Positions 27,311 to 40,430 of a stretch of DNA of 64,000 bases are shown here, in pieces. The stretch lies in the NCBI GenBank assembly GCA_964016885.1, contig OZ024745.1, positions 90,644,001 to 90,708,000 of the forward strand, read 5' to 3'. How positions within the stretch are numbered: position 1 is the stretch's first letter; each line of letters starts with the position of its first letter. Made by a program: the position numbers and the translations under genes. Source of the DNA: Eledone cirrhosa. Taxonomy: Eukaryota. Below the pieces are notes generated by a model that did not search any database, had not been told where the DNA came from, and saw nothing but the letters and a program-made list of their open reading frames with translations.

Positions 27311-27600
27311 GGTGGATAGATAAGATAGATAGATAAGGTGGATAGATAAGATAGATAGATAGATAAGGTGGATAGATAAGATAGATAGATAGATAAGGTG
27401 GATAGATAAGATAGATAGATAGATAGATAAGGTGGATAGATAAGATAGATAGGATAGATAGATAGATAGATAAGGTGGATAGATAAGATAGATAGATAGA
27501 TAAGGTGGATAGATAAGATAGATAGATAGATAGATAAGGTGGATAGATAAGATAGATAGATAGATAGATAGATAAGATAGATAGATAGATAAGGTAGATG
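27140..27600. repeat. (GATA)n-derived compound minisatellite
   Basis: Unit gataaggtggatagataa(gata)n repeated. Confidence 0.92.
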
Positions 27601-28226
27601 GATGGAGATATATATATATATATAAACACCACCAACATCAATGAAACCAGTAGCAATGACAACAACCACAAGAGGCACAGATCTATCACTAATAATATTT
27701 ATGTCAGAGAGAGAAAAAAGAAAATATTAGCTCTAGACAACCATAAGTATATTATCGATCCTGGAGGCTAAGTCAGCTGGCGATGAAGAAGTAAGAAAAC
27801 CTGGTTAAATGTCTATTGATTTAGCACCATAGTAAGCAGAAATGTTTGTTTGACTTTCAACATTTTGTTTTCTTTTTACTTTTGTTTCATATATTTAATT
27901 TTAATTTTTATTTTTTTTAATTTTACTTGCTGCCTTCGATTTCATTTTTGTTTTGTTTATTCATTCTTCTACTTCTTTCTGTCTTTCGTCCTTCCTTCCT
28001 TTTCTTACTTAAGATAAAAATCAATGGACAGAAGCAGTGAACAAGCCAGACCAGCCCAGCACTGCCATCTAGCCCATCATTATCATCATCACATCACTAT
28101 AACCACATCACAAAAGGCAAACAAATCTACTTTAATTGCAGAGAATCGAAAAGGTAAAATAAACTTCTTAATAAATAAATACTATTTACATTGGAAATAC
28201 AATTTATTATTATTTTTTTACATCAG

Positions 28227-28600
28227 CATGTAGCTTTGGCTATAGATATATAAAGAAATAGAGACATGTAGCTTTGGCTATAGATATATAAAGAAATAGA
28301 GACATGTAGCTTTGGCTATAGATATATAAAGAAACAGACATGTAGCTTTGGTTATAGATATACAAAGCAACAGAGACATGTAACTTTGGCTATAGATATA
28401 CAACAAAACAGACATGTAGCTTTGATTATATATATATACAAAGGAACATAGACATGTAGCTTTGGTTATAGATATATAAAGCAACATAGACATGTAGCTT
28501 TGGCTATAGATATATAAAGCAACACAGGCATGTAGCTTTGGCTATAGATATACAAAGAAACAGAGACATGTAGCTTTGGCTATAGATACATAAAGCAACA
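28227..28600. repeat. 36-38-bp minisatellite, about 10 copies
   Basis: catgtagctttggctatagatatataaagaaatagaga. Confidence 0.92.
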
Positions 28601-29195
28601 AAGCAGCATGGCGTTTCTTTCATTCTTTCTGAAAGAAATAAGTTGCATCTAGTAATCAGAATCAAGTGAAATACTCAGTTCACCAAAACTATCAAAAACT
28701 GTTAAAATTTAATACAGACCTGGACTTATAAATAAGCTGGTACAGTCACAGGTTATAAATAGGACAATGCAGGTACAGATCATAAATAGCTCAATATAGA
28801 CATGAACGCACGTGTCTGGCTCAGAGGCAGAGACCAGTTACAAATGGTCTATTCACACATGATATAGTTGAGGTTTCTCCATATGTACTTTTGTGTTTCC
28901 ACTTACATGTGTGTGCTTATGTATTTGCATATGACTGCATGCATGTTTACATGTGCATTCAGGTTACATATAAGTTGGAATGTGTTATATCAGTGCATGT
29001 ATATTTCCATGAGTGTTTGCATGTGAATAGTACTTATGCACAAATGTGATGCGCTCACATATTTGCAGGCTTTTGCATGTACTTCTTGTGTGTAAGCGTT
29101 GGGGTATCATCTGTAACACAGGGAAGGGTGCTAAGTTTCCAGGATTACGATATTTCAATGGGAGGAACTGAACTGATCTGAAATTACTTATGATG

Positions 29196-30060
29196 TCATC
29201 AGCATCATCATTTTACGTCCGCTTTTCCCTGCTTGCAAGGGTGGAATGGGTCCTATTCAGCACAGCATCTCTCCACTTGCCACGGTCCTTCGTCATCTCC
29301 ACCATGAGCTTCAGCAATCTCAGGTCTGCTCTCACCACCTCCGCCCATGTTTTTCGTGGTCTTCCTCTACTACGTCTTCCTTCAACTGGCCTTTCTTGGC
29401 ACTTCTTCACCCAGCGGTCATCCTCCATGCGCATCACATGTCGATACCATCGCAGTCACCTCTCCCGCACACTACAATTTATCCCTCTCAAACAGTTTCT
29501 CTCTCAACACATCCATTCACGTCATTGACATTACACATCCAATGGAGCATGCTTGCCTCATTTCTCTCCAGCCGTCACATATCCTCTGCAGTTGCTACCC
29601 ATGTCTCACTACCATGCAGCATCGCGCACCTCACACAGGCATCATATAACCGGCCTTTCATACAAAGGGAGAAACCCTTCTTCGTCAGCAGAGGAAGCAG
29701 CTCCCTAAACTTCTTCCAACCCGCCCTTATTCTAGATACTATGGCCTCGGAACACCCCCCCTCTCCCATGCTAATCTGATCACCTAGGTACCGGAAGCTA
29801 TCAACCACTTATATAGAACCCACCTGCATTTGAAAAATGTGTCTATCATTGCAACTTCTACTGTCAAATTTCCCTGTACATCTACTGCATATGTATTTCT
29901 CCTTACCTGTTAGTTTGCCTGCTATCCCACTACATCTCTTGTGTACCCAAGATCTGCCTTGTGTACATTTTATAGAATTTATGCCAGTTCCTTTTCTGCA
30001 TATCGAACATGGTCATTTCCCTGACAGAATCAGAGTTTTGTCCTTTTTTCTACTCATGTC
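29196..30060 (-). mobile_element. RTE-clade LINE, 5'-truncated 3' fragment
   Basis: VDSFRYLGD..RIRAGWKKFRELLP..KGRLYDACVR..MLHGSETW; RGRPRKTW..D; (ATG)n tail. Confidence 0.88.
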
Positions 30061-30164
30061 CAAGAACAAATTAATTGTAAATATTTCCAATACTAAGATA
30101 CAGAAAATATCGACAGCAACTACACAGGCAAAAACGAAAAAATACAGTTCTTTACATCCCACCC

Positions 30165-30520
30165 CTGCCTCAGTCCCACACTGTAAAATGGTCGTTTTGG
30201 TGTCATGCCAAAAAACACCCAGCACACACTGTAAAGTGGTCATGTAGGTAACATGACAAAAATCACCCAGCACACACTGTAAAGTGGTCATGTAGGTGAC
30301 ACAACAAAAATCACCCAGCACACACTGTAAAATGGTCATTTTGGTGCCACGACAAAAAGCACCCAGCACACACTGTATATGTGGTTGGTATTAGGAAGGG
30401 CATCTAACCATAGAAACGAAGCCAAAAATAGTTCTGTGTGAGCAAGACATGGTCACCTGACTTTACCTGAATTGCTTCAAATAGGATAACCTATCTAACC
30501 CATGCTAGCATGGAAAATTA
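30165..30520 (+). mobile_element. RTE 3'-UTR-derived element with about 4 tandem 48-bp units
   Basis: Repeats of cacactgtaaagtggtcatgtaggtgacacaacaaaaatcacccagca, then ttaggaagggcatc...aacccatgctagcatggaaa. Confidence 0.75.
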
Positions 30521-32149
30521 CTTCTAGTTTCACATGTGCTGTAAGTTCGAAGTTCAGTTGATATATAATATGGTAATAGGAAATATTAATGTTCTAAACT
30601 GTTTCTTTTTATTCTTTTACATACTTTTATCATTGAACTGTGGCAATGCTGGAGCACTATCTTCTAGAATAAAGTCTATTATATCAACCCCAATACTTAT
30701 TGACTGCAGAAGGATGAAAGACAAAGCTGATCTGACCAGGATTTCAATTCAGGATGTAGATGGACATGATCAAATATCACGAAGTAGTTTACTTTAGGTA
30801 AAATATTGGCATCTTTTGACAGGGTAAAAAATGCCAATAAGTTAATCCCAATAGTATTTGAACATCTAATGGAAAAAGAATAAAATGTTATATTCGAATG
30901 CATTTTATTATAGCACTATAACCAATACAGTTGGCTTAGAAATATTGTTTCTACTTTTGGCACAAGGCCAGCAATTTGAACGGAAGGGGAAAGTCAATTA
31001 AATCAACTCCCAGTGCATTACTGTTACTTTATTTTATCGACACCGTAATGATGAAAGGCAAAGCTAACCTCAGCGAGATTTGAACTCAGGGTGTAAAGGG
31101 CCGTAACTTTATGCTGTAAAGCATGTTATCTGATGCTCTACCGATACTGCCAATCCACTAAAAATATTAAGGAGTCAAACTGGAAGTCATAAATAATGCA
31201 AAAATTGTATATATGTTTGTTTTTTTTTAAACTCTCCAGTATTTCAAAATGTACATTCATTCTCTCTCTCTCAAACTATGTTAGTGAATTCAACAGTGTA
31301 GCAGTGATGAGCCAAATGATAATAAAATAACATCACAAGAGTCTTTAGATCTCTGACATCATCATCATAGCAAGGCTATCAACTGAGAAAACCACTTGAA
31401 AGATTCCTTACTGAGGGGAGGAACAACAAAAACAGAAAAAGATGGAAAGGAGTGCTATTGATCTCATGAAATAGAGCAATAAAATGGATTAGATATGGAA
31501 TATATGTGGACCAAATTCAAAGACATTCAAAAAGCAATGTTGGCATTACTGTAAAGATTATTGGTAAATGGTATAATATGAAGGGAAGAAATGTTTAAAG
31601 AACAACTCAGGCTTGAATTCTTCAGAAAAGATTAACAAATGCAAATATTCAAGATAAATTTTAATAATACAACTATTTAAATATATTATCGATGATTTGT
31701 AAATTAAGGATGGAACCTCAAGGTTACCGTGGAAGGATGAGGAAGGGGTGGCAAGATAACTTTCTAAATAGAAATGGTGAAATTTTGTGAAACAGATCCA
31801 ACAGAGAATAAAAGCAGAGACACAAAAACATTGTCACATCACAATTGTGCTATGTCACAACATTCTTCCCAATAATAATGATAATGGTTTCTGATTTAGG
31901 CACAAGGCCAGCAATTTGAAGAAATGGAGAAAGTCAATTAAATCGACCCCAGTGCATTTTACTAATGCTTTATTTTATCGACCCTGTAAGCTAACCTTGG
32001 CAGGATTTGAACTCTACCGATACTGGCATTCTACCACCCATAATAATACCCATCTTTTTTTTGTTCAGTGGGCTTATATGGCCTGTTATTAGACAGTTGC
32101 CTTCAATAAATAAAAACTACGGTGAAAGCTTTTAATTCTTATACAAGTA

Positions 32150-32525
32150 TAAAGAAAATATACATGCAGGCACAATAACATAGCAAAGCTGCCCTACAAT
32201 ACACCAAGCCACTGAATTTCAACTGAAAAAAATATATATAAATATCACTCCGGTACTTGAATGAATCTCTGCCAGTCTTAGAAAATGACAATGTAAAAAT
32301 ACTATGGAACTTTAGCTTCCAGACAGAACAGCAGACAGTACATAAGAATTACATCATCTTCCATGACAAACATGACAAAACTATATTGATTATCGTCATA
32401 GCAATACCAAATGACTATTATGTTGTGAATAAGTAAGCTGAAAAGCTAAGAATTTACACCAAACTAGCTATTGAACTAAAATCATTATGGTTGTTAAGGA
32501 ATGTGCAAATATTCCATTTGTAATT
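32150..32525 (+). mobile_element. Old R4/Dong-like RLE domain fragment, left part
   Basis: Manual translation: KYTCRHNNIAK; ESLPVLENDNVKILWNFSFQT; IVIAIPND..K*AEKLRIYTKLAIELKSLW. Confidence 0.7.
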
Positions 32526-32788
32526 CTGGTGTCCTTGGCCCTAGAACCACCTACCTACTCACCACCATCAACACAGAGTCGGTTACCTGCAAGTGTGAGC
32601 CTTGCAAGCTGGAATGGCTCTTCCAACACATCTCCCTTACCATCCTCCAGGGAAACAGCTCCTGTATTTTGTCCGCCGGAGCTGCAGGGTGGTCAGCATG
32701 TGGGGCCCCCATTTGCTTATAATAGTGAGAGATGGGGTGAACGAGAGAGACAGTGTCAATGGGAATTTGATTCCAATATCTTCAGACC
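32526..32788 (+). mobile_element. CRE-clade-like non-LTR 3' fragment
   Basis: SGVLGPRT..L..EP..LEWLFQHISLTILQGNSSCIL resembles the CRE C-terminal FQRxSxAIQRGN motif. Confidence 0.6.
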
Positions 32789-32809
32789 ATATATATATAT
32801 ATATATATA

Positions 32810-34330
32810 AGTGGAAGGGATATTAAATTTGTTGGAAATTCAACGAATATAAATATTATACATAACAAAAAATTCATTCAAATGGATATTGCAAATTACT
32901 ACTCCTCTATTACTCCTAGTTTACTTAATAGGGCTCTTATCTACGCATCTAAACATACAGATTTATCTAGTGATGAAATGCATATCATTTTAACAGTACG
33001 AAAACTTTAATAGAATTCAACAATCATCTCTGGACAAGAGCCGATAGAAAAAATAATTTTGATATCACTATGGGTTCATAACGGATCTTGTAGGCTTATT
33101 TATTAATAATACACTGCATAGGAAAATGCCAGAGATGACCGGTGGTTTATATCGTGATGATATGCTGGTTTTAATTGAAAGCCATAGTATTGTGAAATTA
33201 ATAGGAAAAGAAAATCCACAATACAATTCTTCAATAATTATAACGTTAAGTTAGAAATAGAGAATAACTATAAAATCATTAACTTCTTAGACGTAACATT
33301 AAACCTTAGCACAGGACTTTACTATCCTTTCCATAAAATTAATGAGAATCTAAATTACGTAAGTTTTAACTCTAATCATCCTAGTTCTATTAAAAACACT
33401 ATTGTCAATAGTGTCCAACAATGAATTTCACGCATCTCTGCTAATAAAAATATTTTTGATGATAAGGCTGAATATTATAATGAAGCTTTAAATAGAGCAG
33501 AGTATTCGAATAAAATTAAATACATTGACAACAATAACATGGCAAATCACCCTAGTATTAATTATAATAATAATAAACAATTTAACTTAAACTCTAAACC
33601 AAACAAAAGAACTAGAACTAGAAATATTATTTGGTACTCACCCCCATTCTCATTAAGCGTTAAAACGCCTTTAGCAAAACTATTCTTTAAAGCACTAGAC
33701 AAATGTTTTCCTAAAGCCCACAGATACCACTCAATCTTTAACAGACATACTATAAAACTATCCTACTTTACTACTATGAACATAGCACAAAATATAAATA
33801 GAATTAATAATAGAAACTTAAATTTAAACCCTAACCAAAATAACCATAATAGCAATAATAATATTTCTAGCAATATCCAACATAATAGTACCGTTCCGAG
33901 CAACAAAACTCCATAAAATGTAACTGTAGAATCAAATCAAACTACCCTTTACAAAATAAGTGTTTAGATAAAAACAGTCTATAAATGCACAGTTAAAACT
34001 AGTGATAATATATTTAACTATGCCGGTGCCACTTCTACAAAATTTAAAGATCGCTCTTTAAATTATCAGAAGATCTGATAAAAAATCTCCTATTTCTCTT
34101 TCACATCTTATATGGAACTTAAAAGGCAAGAATATAGACTATTCAATATCTTGGAAAACGATTTCGAAAGCACCTGCGTACTGAAATATGGCTTTATCAA
34201 AATTCTGTAAATTGTGTATTGAAGAAATTTTTTATATACTTAACTGTCAAAACTCTATTAATCTCAGAACAGAATTACTTAATTCTTGCAGACATCGCCA
34301 ACATTCTACATTCAGAACTGTGTGTAATTT
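32810..34330 (+). mobile_element. Penelope-like element (Naiad-like RT + GIY-YIG), 5'-truncated and degenerate
   Basis: Manual translation: FIQMDIANYYSSI, FDITMGS, GLYRDD, INFLDVTLNL, SNHP, NIIWYSPPFS, IKLSY, CNCR..PLQNKC, VYKC..YAGAT..FKDR, ELLNSCRHR. Confidence 0.88.
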
Positions 34331-34457
34331 ATAATATTCCTATAAATCTTCAAATTGATCCTATCTTTTTTAACAATTTATATTTTTAATATATTAATAT
34401 CTCTAAATCATAATATCTCTAATATTTGTAGTACTTTCACCTTTCAGCAAAAATTTC

Positions 34458-34486
<29 letters not shown>

Positions 34487-34488
<2 letters not shown>

Positions 34489-34652
34489 GTTTAAACATAG
34501 TCTTGAATAGGATATATTTTCCTAAAGTCAGTTAATGGTTATTAATCTACGTTTAAAAAATAGCTTTAGAGGGTGTCATTGGAAAAATAAAGAATTAAAA
34601 AAATTAAAAAATTAAAATTATATAGTTACACATAAATATATATAAATATCTA

Positions 34653-34696
<44 letters not shown>

Positions 34697-34873
34697 TATA
34701 TATATATATATATATATAGATATTTATATATATTTATGTGTATCTATATAATTTTAATTTTTTTATTTTTTTAATTCTTTATTTTTCCAATGACACCCTC
34801 TAAAGCTATTTTTTAAACGTAGATTAACTGACTTTAGGAAAAATCTATCCTATTCAAGACGATGTTTAAACAT
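34487..34873. repeat. Inverted repeat with roughly 165-bp arms around a (TA)n core
   Basis: atgtttaaacatagtcttgaatagg...ataaatatct is mirrored by agatatttat...cctattcaagacgatgtttaaacat. Confidence 0.92.
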
Positions 34874-35490
34874 TTATATTTCTTTCGGCTAAATAATTAA
34901 TTAATCTCACACTAACTCTTAAAAATTTATCGATTAACAAATAAAATTGGAGTTATCCTTCCTTTCTCAATCATATAAACTCATTATACCTATCTGCGTT
35001 AATTTAAAACATTTTTAATGCCGAACAAGTTATCCAAATATATAAATTCATAATTTTAACTACCTATTTATTTACATAAAATACAAAATCAACATCCCTC
35101 GTAACTCATATTAAAAACAACCTAAAACTTGAACTACCTATTTATTTATTTATCTACATAAAACACAAAATCAACATCCCTCGTAACTCATATTATAAAC
35201 AACTAATAATCACAAATTATCTTTGTAATAAAAATACATAAGCTATTATTAAAATATATATAGATATTTATATATTTAACCCACTACAATATTATAATAA
35301 GATAAATACTTACAAACATAATTCTCCATATAAATATATACATAAAATTTATTTCCCCCAAATTAATGTATATAAGTGGTCTTCTTTTTTTCTTTTCCTT
35401 TCTTTTTCCTTTTTTCTCTCTCTCTTACTAATATATCAAAACTTTTCATAGCATTTAAAATAACGGTTTTTCAATCATAGAACATAGATT

Positions 35491-36655
35491 TTACATGTGG
35501 CCGGTGCTCAGGTGCAATAAGTAGCAGCAAGTGCCCACAAAATACTAGCTCTTTCAATTACGCAGAGGGTTCTATAGAAATAGTGGACAGCTTCCGTTAC
35601 CTGGGCGACAAAATCAGCAGTCGGGGAGGGTGCTCTGAAAGTACAGTAGCTAGAGTCAGAACTGGTTGGAAAAAGTTCAGAGAGCTTATATCACTATTAG
35701 CCGCTAAAGGGTTCTCCCTAAGAATGAAAGGCAGGTTGTATGATGCCTGCATACGAACAGCAATGTTGCATGGCAGTGAGACCTGGGCATTGTGTGCAGA
35801 GGATATACGCAGACTAGAGAGGAACGAAGCTTGCATGCTCCGCTGGATGTGTAATAGTAACATACGTGAACGGCAAAGCATAAACGAACTAAGGAAAAAA
35901 TTAGAAATAAGAGGGATCAGATGTTTACTCGAGAGAAGGCTACGTTGGTATGGTCACGTGATGCGCATGAAAGACGACAGCTGTATAACAAAGTGCAGGG
36001 CAATAAAGATAGACGGTAGCCACGGAATAGGCAGACCCAGAAAAACCTGGGACGAGCTGATAAATTCCAACCTCACACACTTACACCTCTCCAAGACAAT
36101 GTCACTGGACCGAGACCTTTGGCGGTACTCAGTAATAGAGAAGACCCGCCTTACCTAAATACAAAGTAAAACCTACTACAGCCAGTAGGCATCTCTAACA
36201 AAATACACCCCCGTCCCACCACCCCCACCCCATCCACACCGCCCCTTCAATGTAAAGTTATGTTGGTGCCACAACATCCAGGCCGAAACAAATGAGATCG
36301 TGTAGGTGTCACGACAAAAAACACAGTCCACGCTGTAATGTGGCCGTGTAGGCAACACGGTAAAAACCTGCCAGCCCCACACTGTAAATGTGGTTGGTGT
36401 TAGGAAGGGCATCCAGCCGTAGAAAACCTGCCAGACAGCCCACGCTGTAATGTGGCCGTGTAGGCAACACGGTAAAAACCTCCCAGCCCCACACTGTAAA
36501 TGTGGTTGGTGTTAGGAAGGGCATCCAGCTGTAGAAAACCCGCCAGACAGTCCTATGCGAGCAAGACAATCACTCTTGCCTCAAGTGGGAAAACCCCCGT
36601 CCAAACCCATGCAAGCGTGGAACACGGCCGTTAAACGTTGATGATGATGATGATA
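35491..36655 (+). mobile_element. RTE-clade LINE 3' fragment inserted into the PLE 3' region
   Basis: ORF 35583-36158 (DSFRYLGD..LHGSETW..RLRWYGHVMR..GRPRKTW); 3'UTR ending cgttaaacgtt(gat)n. Confidence 0.9.
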
Positions 36656-36795
36656 ACTCAACCTTATTTACGTATTCATTTGCATACTCATCCATAAGTT
36701 TGAAAAATCCGTTCTATAATCTCAGTACCCAAGGAATATTCAACTGATAAGGTATGTTTTCCTTGGCTATGTCAAAATTTATAAAACACTCTTTG

Positions 36796-36857
36796 TATTT
36801 TATCTGATGAAAGCGTACCAAAGTTTTTGGTACCCTTGAAATATATATAATAGAATA
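36796..36857 (+). ncRNA. Intact minimal type I hammerhead ribozyme at the PLE 3' end
   Basis: tattttat-CTGATGA-aagcgtaccaaa..tttggtaccctt-GAAA-tatata-TA-atagaata, with overlapping AATAAA and (TA)n about 45 bp downstream. Confidence 0.82.
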
Positions 36858-36954
36858 AATATGGTTTTATAAATATAGTTTCCATTTATTTAATATCATG
36901 ATATATATATATATATATATCATGGTTTTTGACAAGTTGTTTACTATGGCAAAA

Positions 36955-37070
36955 GTGAAATGATACACAAACATTTCTGTAAAGACACTGACTAGTTACC
37001 TATAAGGATAGATATTGGCACATTTCAGAAGATAGCAATACTAGGAACTGTAAACAGTGTTACAGTCTTC
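36955..37070 (+). mobile_element. R4/Dong-like RLE C-terminus, right part of the interrupted element
   Basis: MIHKHFCKDTD*LPIRIDIGTFQKIAILGTV; QKxAILGT is the typical C-terminal motif. Confidence 0.6.
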
Positions 37071-38727
37071 TCACACATCCTTGTTAACTCTGAATACTTT
37101 TATACATACTTTCTTTATACATTAAACATTATTAAGTGGTACGAAACTCTCAGCAGAGCTGGACAACAGGTCTTCAGAGAAGAAACCCAACATCAAATGA
37201 GTATTTCGACCCTTGACTGCTTACACTCTAAGGTGGTGAGACTGCATCCAGGTCATGACACCTGGCTGTCCTTCTGCTGACATTTAGCCATTCGGATATC
37301 AGAGACTTCTTGTGTATTTAAACCGTATTGAGATTTTATCATTTTCATTAACCATACATATCCTTCATAACCTTCAACACTTATGCATGTTCCCTCAAGA
37401 TTTATCTGCCTTGTGTACTAAGAAAGGAAACCTCTCAAAGTATTTCTCAAGCTCAAAATGTAAAGAGAGATAACTAAATACTTATTACTAATTTAGATGC
37501 ATCACGAGGGAATTTGAGGGAAGGGTAAAGTTGATTAACTCAACCCCCAGTACTTGACTGATACTTTATTTTATTGACCACAGAAGGATGAAAGGCAGAA
37601 TTGACTTTAGTGGGATTTGAATTCAGACTGTAACAGACCAGAACAGATACCGCAATGACATTTTATTTGGTGGTGGTAGTAGTAGTTGTGGTGATAGCAG
37701 TAGTAGTAGGTGTAAACATAGGTAGGTGTGTATGTTAGCTAACACACACACACAGCTCTGAAATATATATTATGTTTATTGATAAAATTGCAATAATTTG
37801 GCTATAGGTTAGCCTGCCTTATTCTGTATAAAGTGTCAGTTGGTGGTTTTATATTGCTACAGGAGCTGAATATGCTGACTCAAATCCTGAGTGAGTCATC
37901 TCCAATAAAACCTAGGGAGATATTCCCTTTAACTTCCTAGATTGAGCTCATTAATCTACATACATTACACACACACATTTACTAACTAGAAGGTAATTTG
38001 GCCTTATGTGCTGACTAACTTTGACAAGATTTAATAGTAATGTTCAAGTGTTAAACAACTATTTGTGTTAATATTAATCCTTCTATATAACCACAACTGC
38101 TATCAACATTACTAACTCTACTACCACACATTTACTAACTAGAAATGATTAAGTGTGTGATCTGAGAGAAGAATATGTTGAATAAAATCATAATTAACTG
38201 ATCCTCCTGTATTTTCTTTTAACTGATCCTCCTGCAACTGGATTTGAACTCATAACTTTAGAATCAACCAACCAAACTTATCAATTTTAGTCAACTCCAG
38301 TGGATGTTTAATTTTTACCGCCTACATACAGACATTTATAAGGTTTTATGTGATGTCAACTCATTTATTGTAATTTCATAACATTTATAATATTAACAGG
38401 TTTTTATTATAGACAAGATTAACACACTCACTGCAGACTATAGATAGACTTTTGGAAATATAAAGAAATATAAAGAAAAGAGAAAGATGGAGAAAGAGAG
38501 AGAAAAAAGAAAAATATTAATACACACAGATATACACACACATTGTTACTTTTATACATATTTAGAATTCTGTCTTACTAATACTGCTAATGGATGATTG
38601 GATGTTCCTACAAAGTGTTTCCAATAGTTAAAATCAGTTATTGTGCTTCCTAACATTGCTATCAGTCTAGTTTGACATGCTTTAAATGATAAACTTTCAC
38701 ATTTTCAAACAATGCACATCATATATA

Positions 38728-39538
38728 TATCATCATCATCATCATCATCATCGTTTAACGTCCATATTCCATGCTTGCATGGGTTTGGACGGGAGTTTTC
38801 CCACTTGAGGCAAGATTGGTTGCCCTGCTCGTATAGGACTGTCTGGCGGGTTTTCTACGGCTGGATGCCCTTCCTAACACCAACCACGTTACAGTGTGGA
38901 CTGGGAGGTTTTTACCGTGTTACCTACATGGCCACATTAAAGCGTGGACTGTGTGTTTTTTTTGTTGTGACACCTACATGTCTGGCGGATTTTCTACGGC
39001 TGGGTGCCCTTTCCAACACCAACCACGTTTACAGTGTGGACTGGGAGGTTTTTACCGTGTTACCTACACGGCCACATTACAGCATGGACTGTGTGTTTTT
39101 TTGTCGTGACACCTACGCGACCTCATTTGTTTCGGACTGGATGTTGTGGTACAAACATAACTTCACATTTAAGGGGGTGGTGTGGATGGGGTGGGGGTAG
39201 TGGGACGGGGGTGTATTTTGTTAGAGGTGCCTACTGACTGTAGGTTTCGCTTTGTACTTAGGCAAGGCGGGTCTTCTGTATAACTGTGTAGCGCCAAAGA
39301 TCTCGGTCCAGTGACATTGTCTTGGAGAGGTGTAAGTGTGTGAGGTCGGAATTTATCAAGTCGTCCCAGGTTTTTCTGGGTCTGCCTACTCCGTGGCTAC
39401 CGTCTATTTTTATTGCCCTGCACTTTTTTATACAGCTGTCGTCTTTCATGCGCATCACCTGGCCGTACCAACGTAGTCTTCTCTCGAGTAAACAACATCT
39501 GATCCCTCTTATTCCTAATTTCTCCCTTAGTTCGTTTA
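38728..39538 (-). mobile_element. RTE LINE 3' fragment, same family as 35491-36655, inverted orientation
   Basis: INELREKLGIRGIRCC..RLRWYGQVMR..GRPRKTWDDLI plus matching 3'UTR. Confidence 0.9.
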
Positions 39539-39694
39539 TGTATATATATATGAGAGGGAGAGAGAGAGATATGCGTAAAATTTTATATATCTCTATACCC
39601 ACTCTGCATCTTTGAGTACTCTAATGATTAGTGGCCTCCCCGGTCTCAGCACCACAGACACACACACTCTCCCACATTATATATATATATATAG

Positions 39695-39886
39695 GGGTGG
39701 TGGATTGGCAGTATCGGTAGAGGGTCGGACGCCATGCTTTGATGCATAGAGTTACGGCCCTTGCCATTCTGAGTTCAAATCCCGCCGAGGTTAACTTTGC
39801 CTTTCATCCTTATAGGGTCGATAAAATAAAGTACCAGTAATACATTGGATAATTGCTGGCCTTGTGCCAAAAGTAGAAACAATTAT
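39695..39886 (+). mobile_element. SINE family B (tRNA head + Meta-type domain), well-preserved copy in (TA)n
   Basis: tggcagtatcggtagag..gagttcaaatccc..gcctttcatccttatagggtcgataaaataaagtaccag..ggccttgtgccaaaagtagaaacaattat. Confidence 0.85.
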
Positions 39887-40070
39887 ATATATATATATAT
39901 ATAATTATTTCAACCCCCCCCCCCCACTATGATGATGATGATGATGATGATATATATATATATAATTGATGATGATGATGATATATATATATATATATAT
40001 AATTGGCTACTTGGCAAATAACTATATGTATCACCTATCCCTCCTTTTTCTCTCTTTCTCGATATGTAAA

Positions 40071-40111
<41 letters not shown>

Positions 40112-40254
40112 AAATAATTTTCCTATTGTGTCTGATAATATTAGTACAGGAATATATTTTCAACGATATATTATTTTTTGATAAAAACAAGATACTGTTG
40201 TTTAAATATTTGCCAGTTTATATAGTAATGCATCATTTCTATAGTTTCCTGCAT

Positions 40255-40430
40255 AATTATCAACAGTATGTTGTTTGGTTGCAAACAAGATATCACAACA
40301 TGAATAGTTATCTGCAATATGTTGCTTGGTTGAAGGGAAGATATCACAACATGGATTACTCTCAAAAGTATATTGTTAGGTTGAAGACAAGATATCACAA
40401 TGTGAATTATTATCAGGAATATGATGTTAC
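40255..40430. repeat. 51-bp degenerate tandem repeat, about 3.5 copies
   Basis: Recurring tatgttg..ggttgaa..caagatatcacaacatg. Confidence 0.75.

Noticed and set aside
28590-28645. Strong minus-strand acceptor (tttctttcAG) suggesting an exon
   Set aside because: Reads straight into a minisatellite, with no clear donor or coherent frame; unsupported without RNA data.
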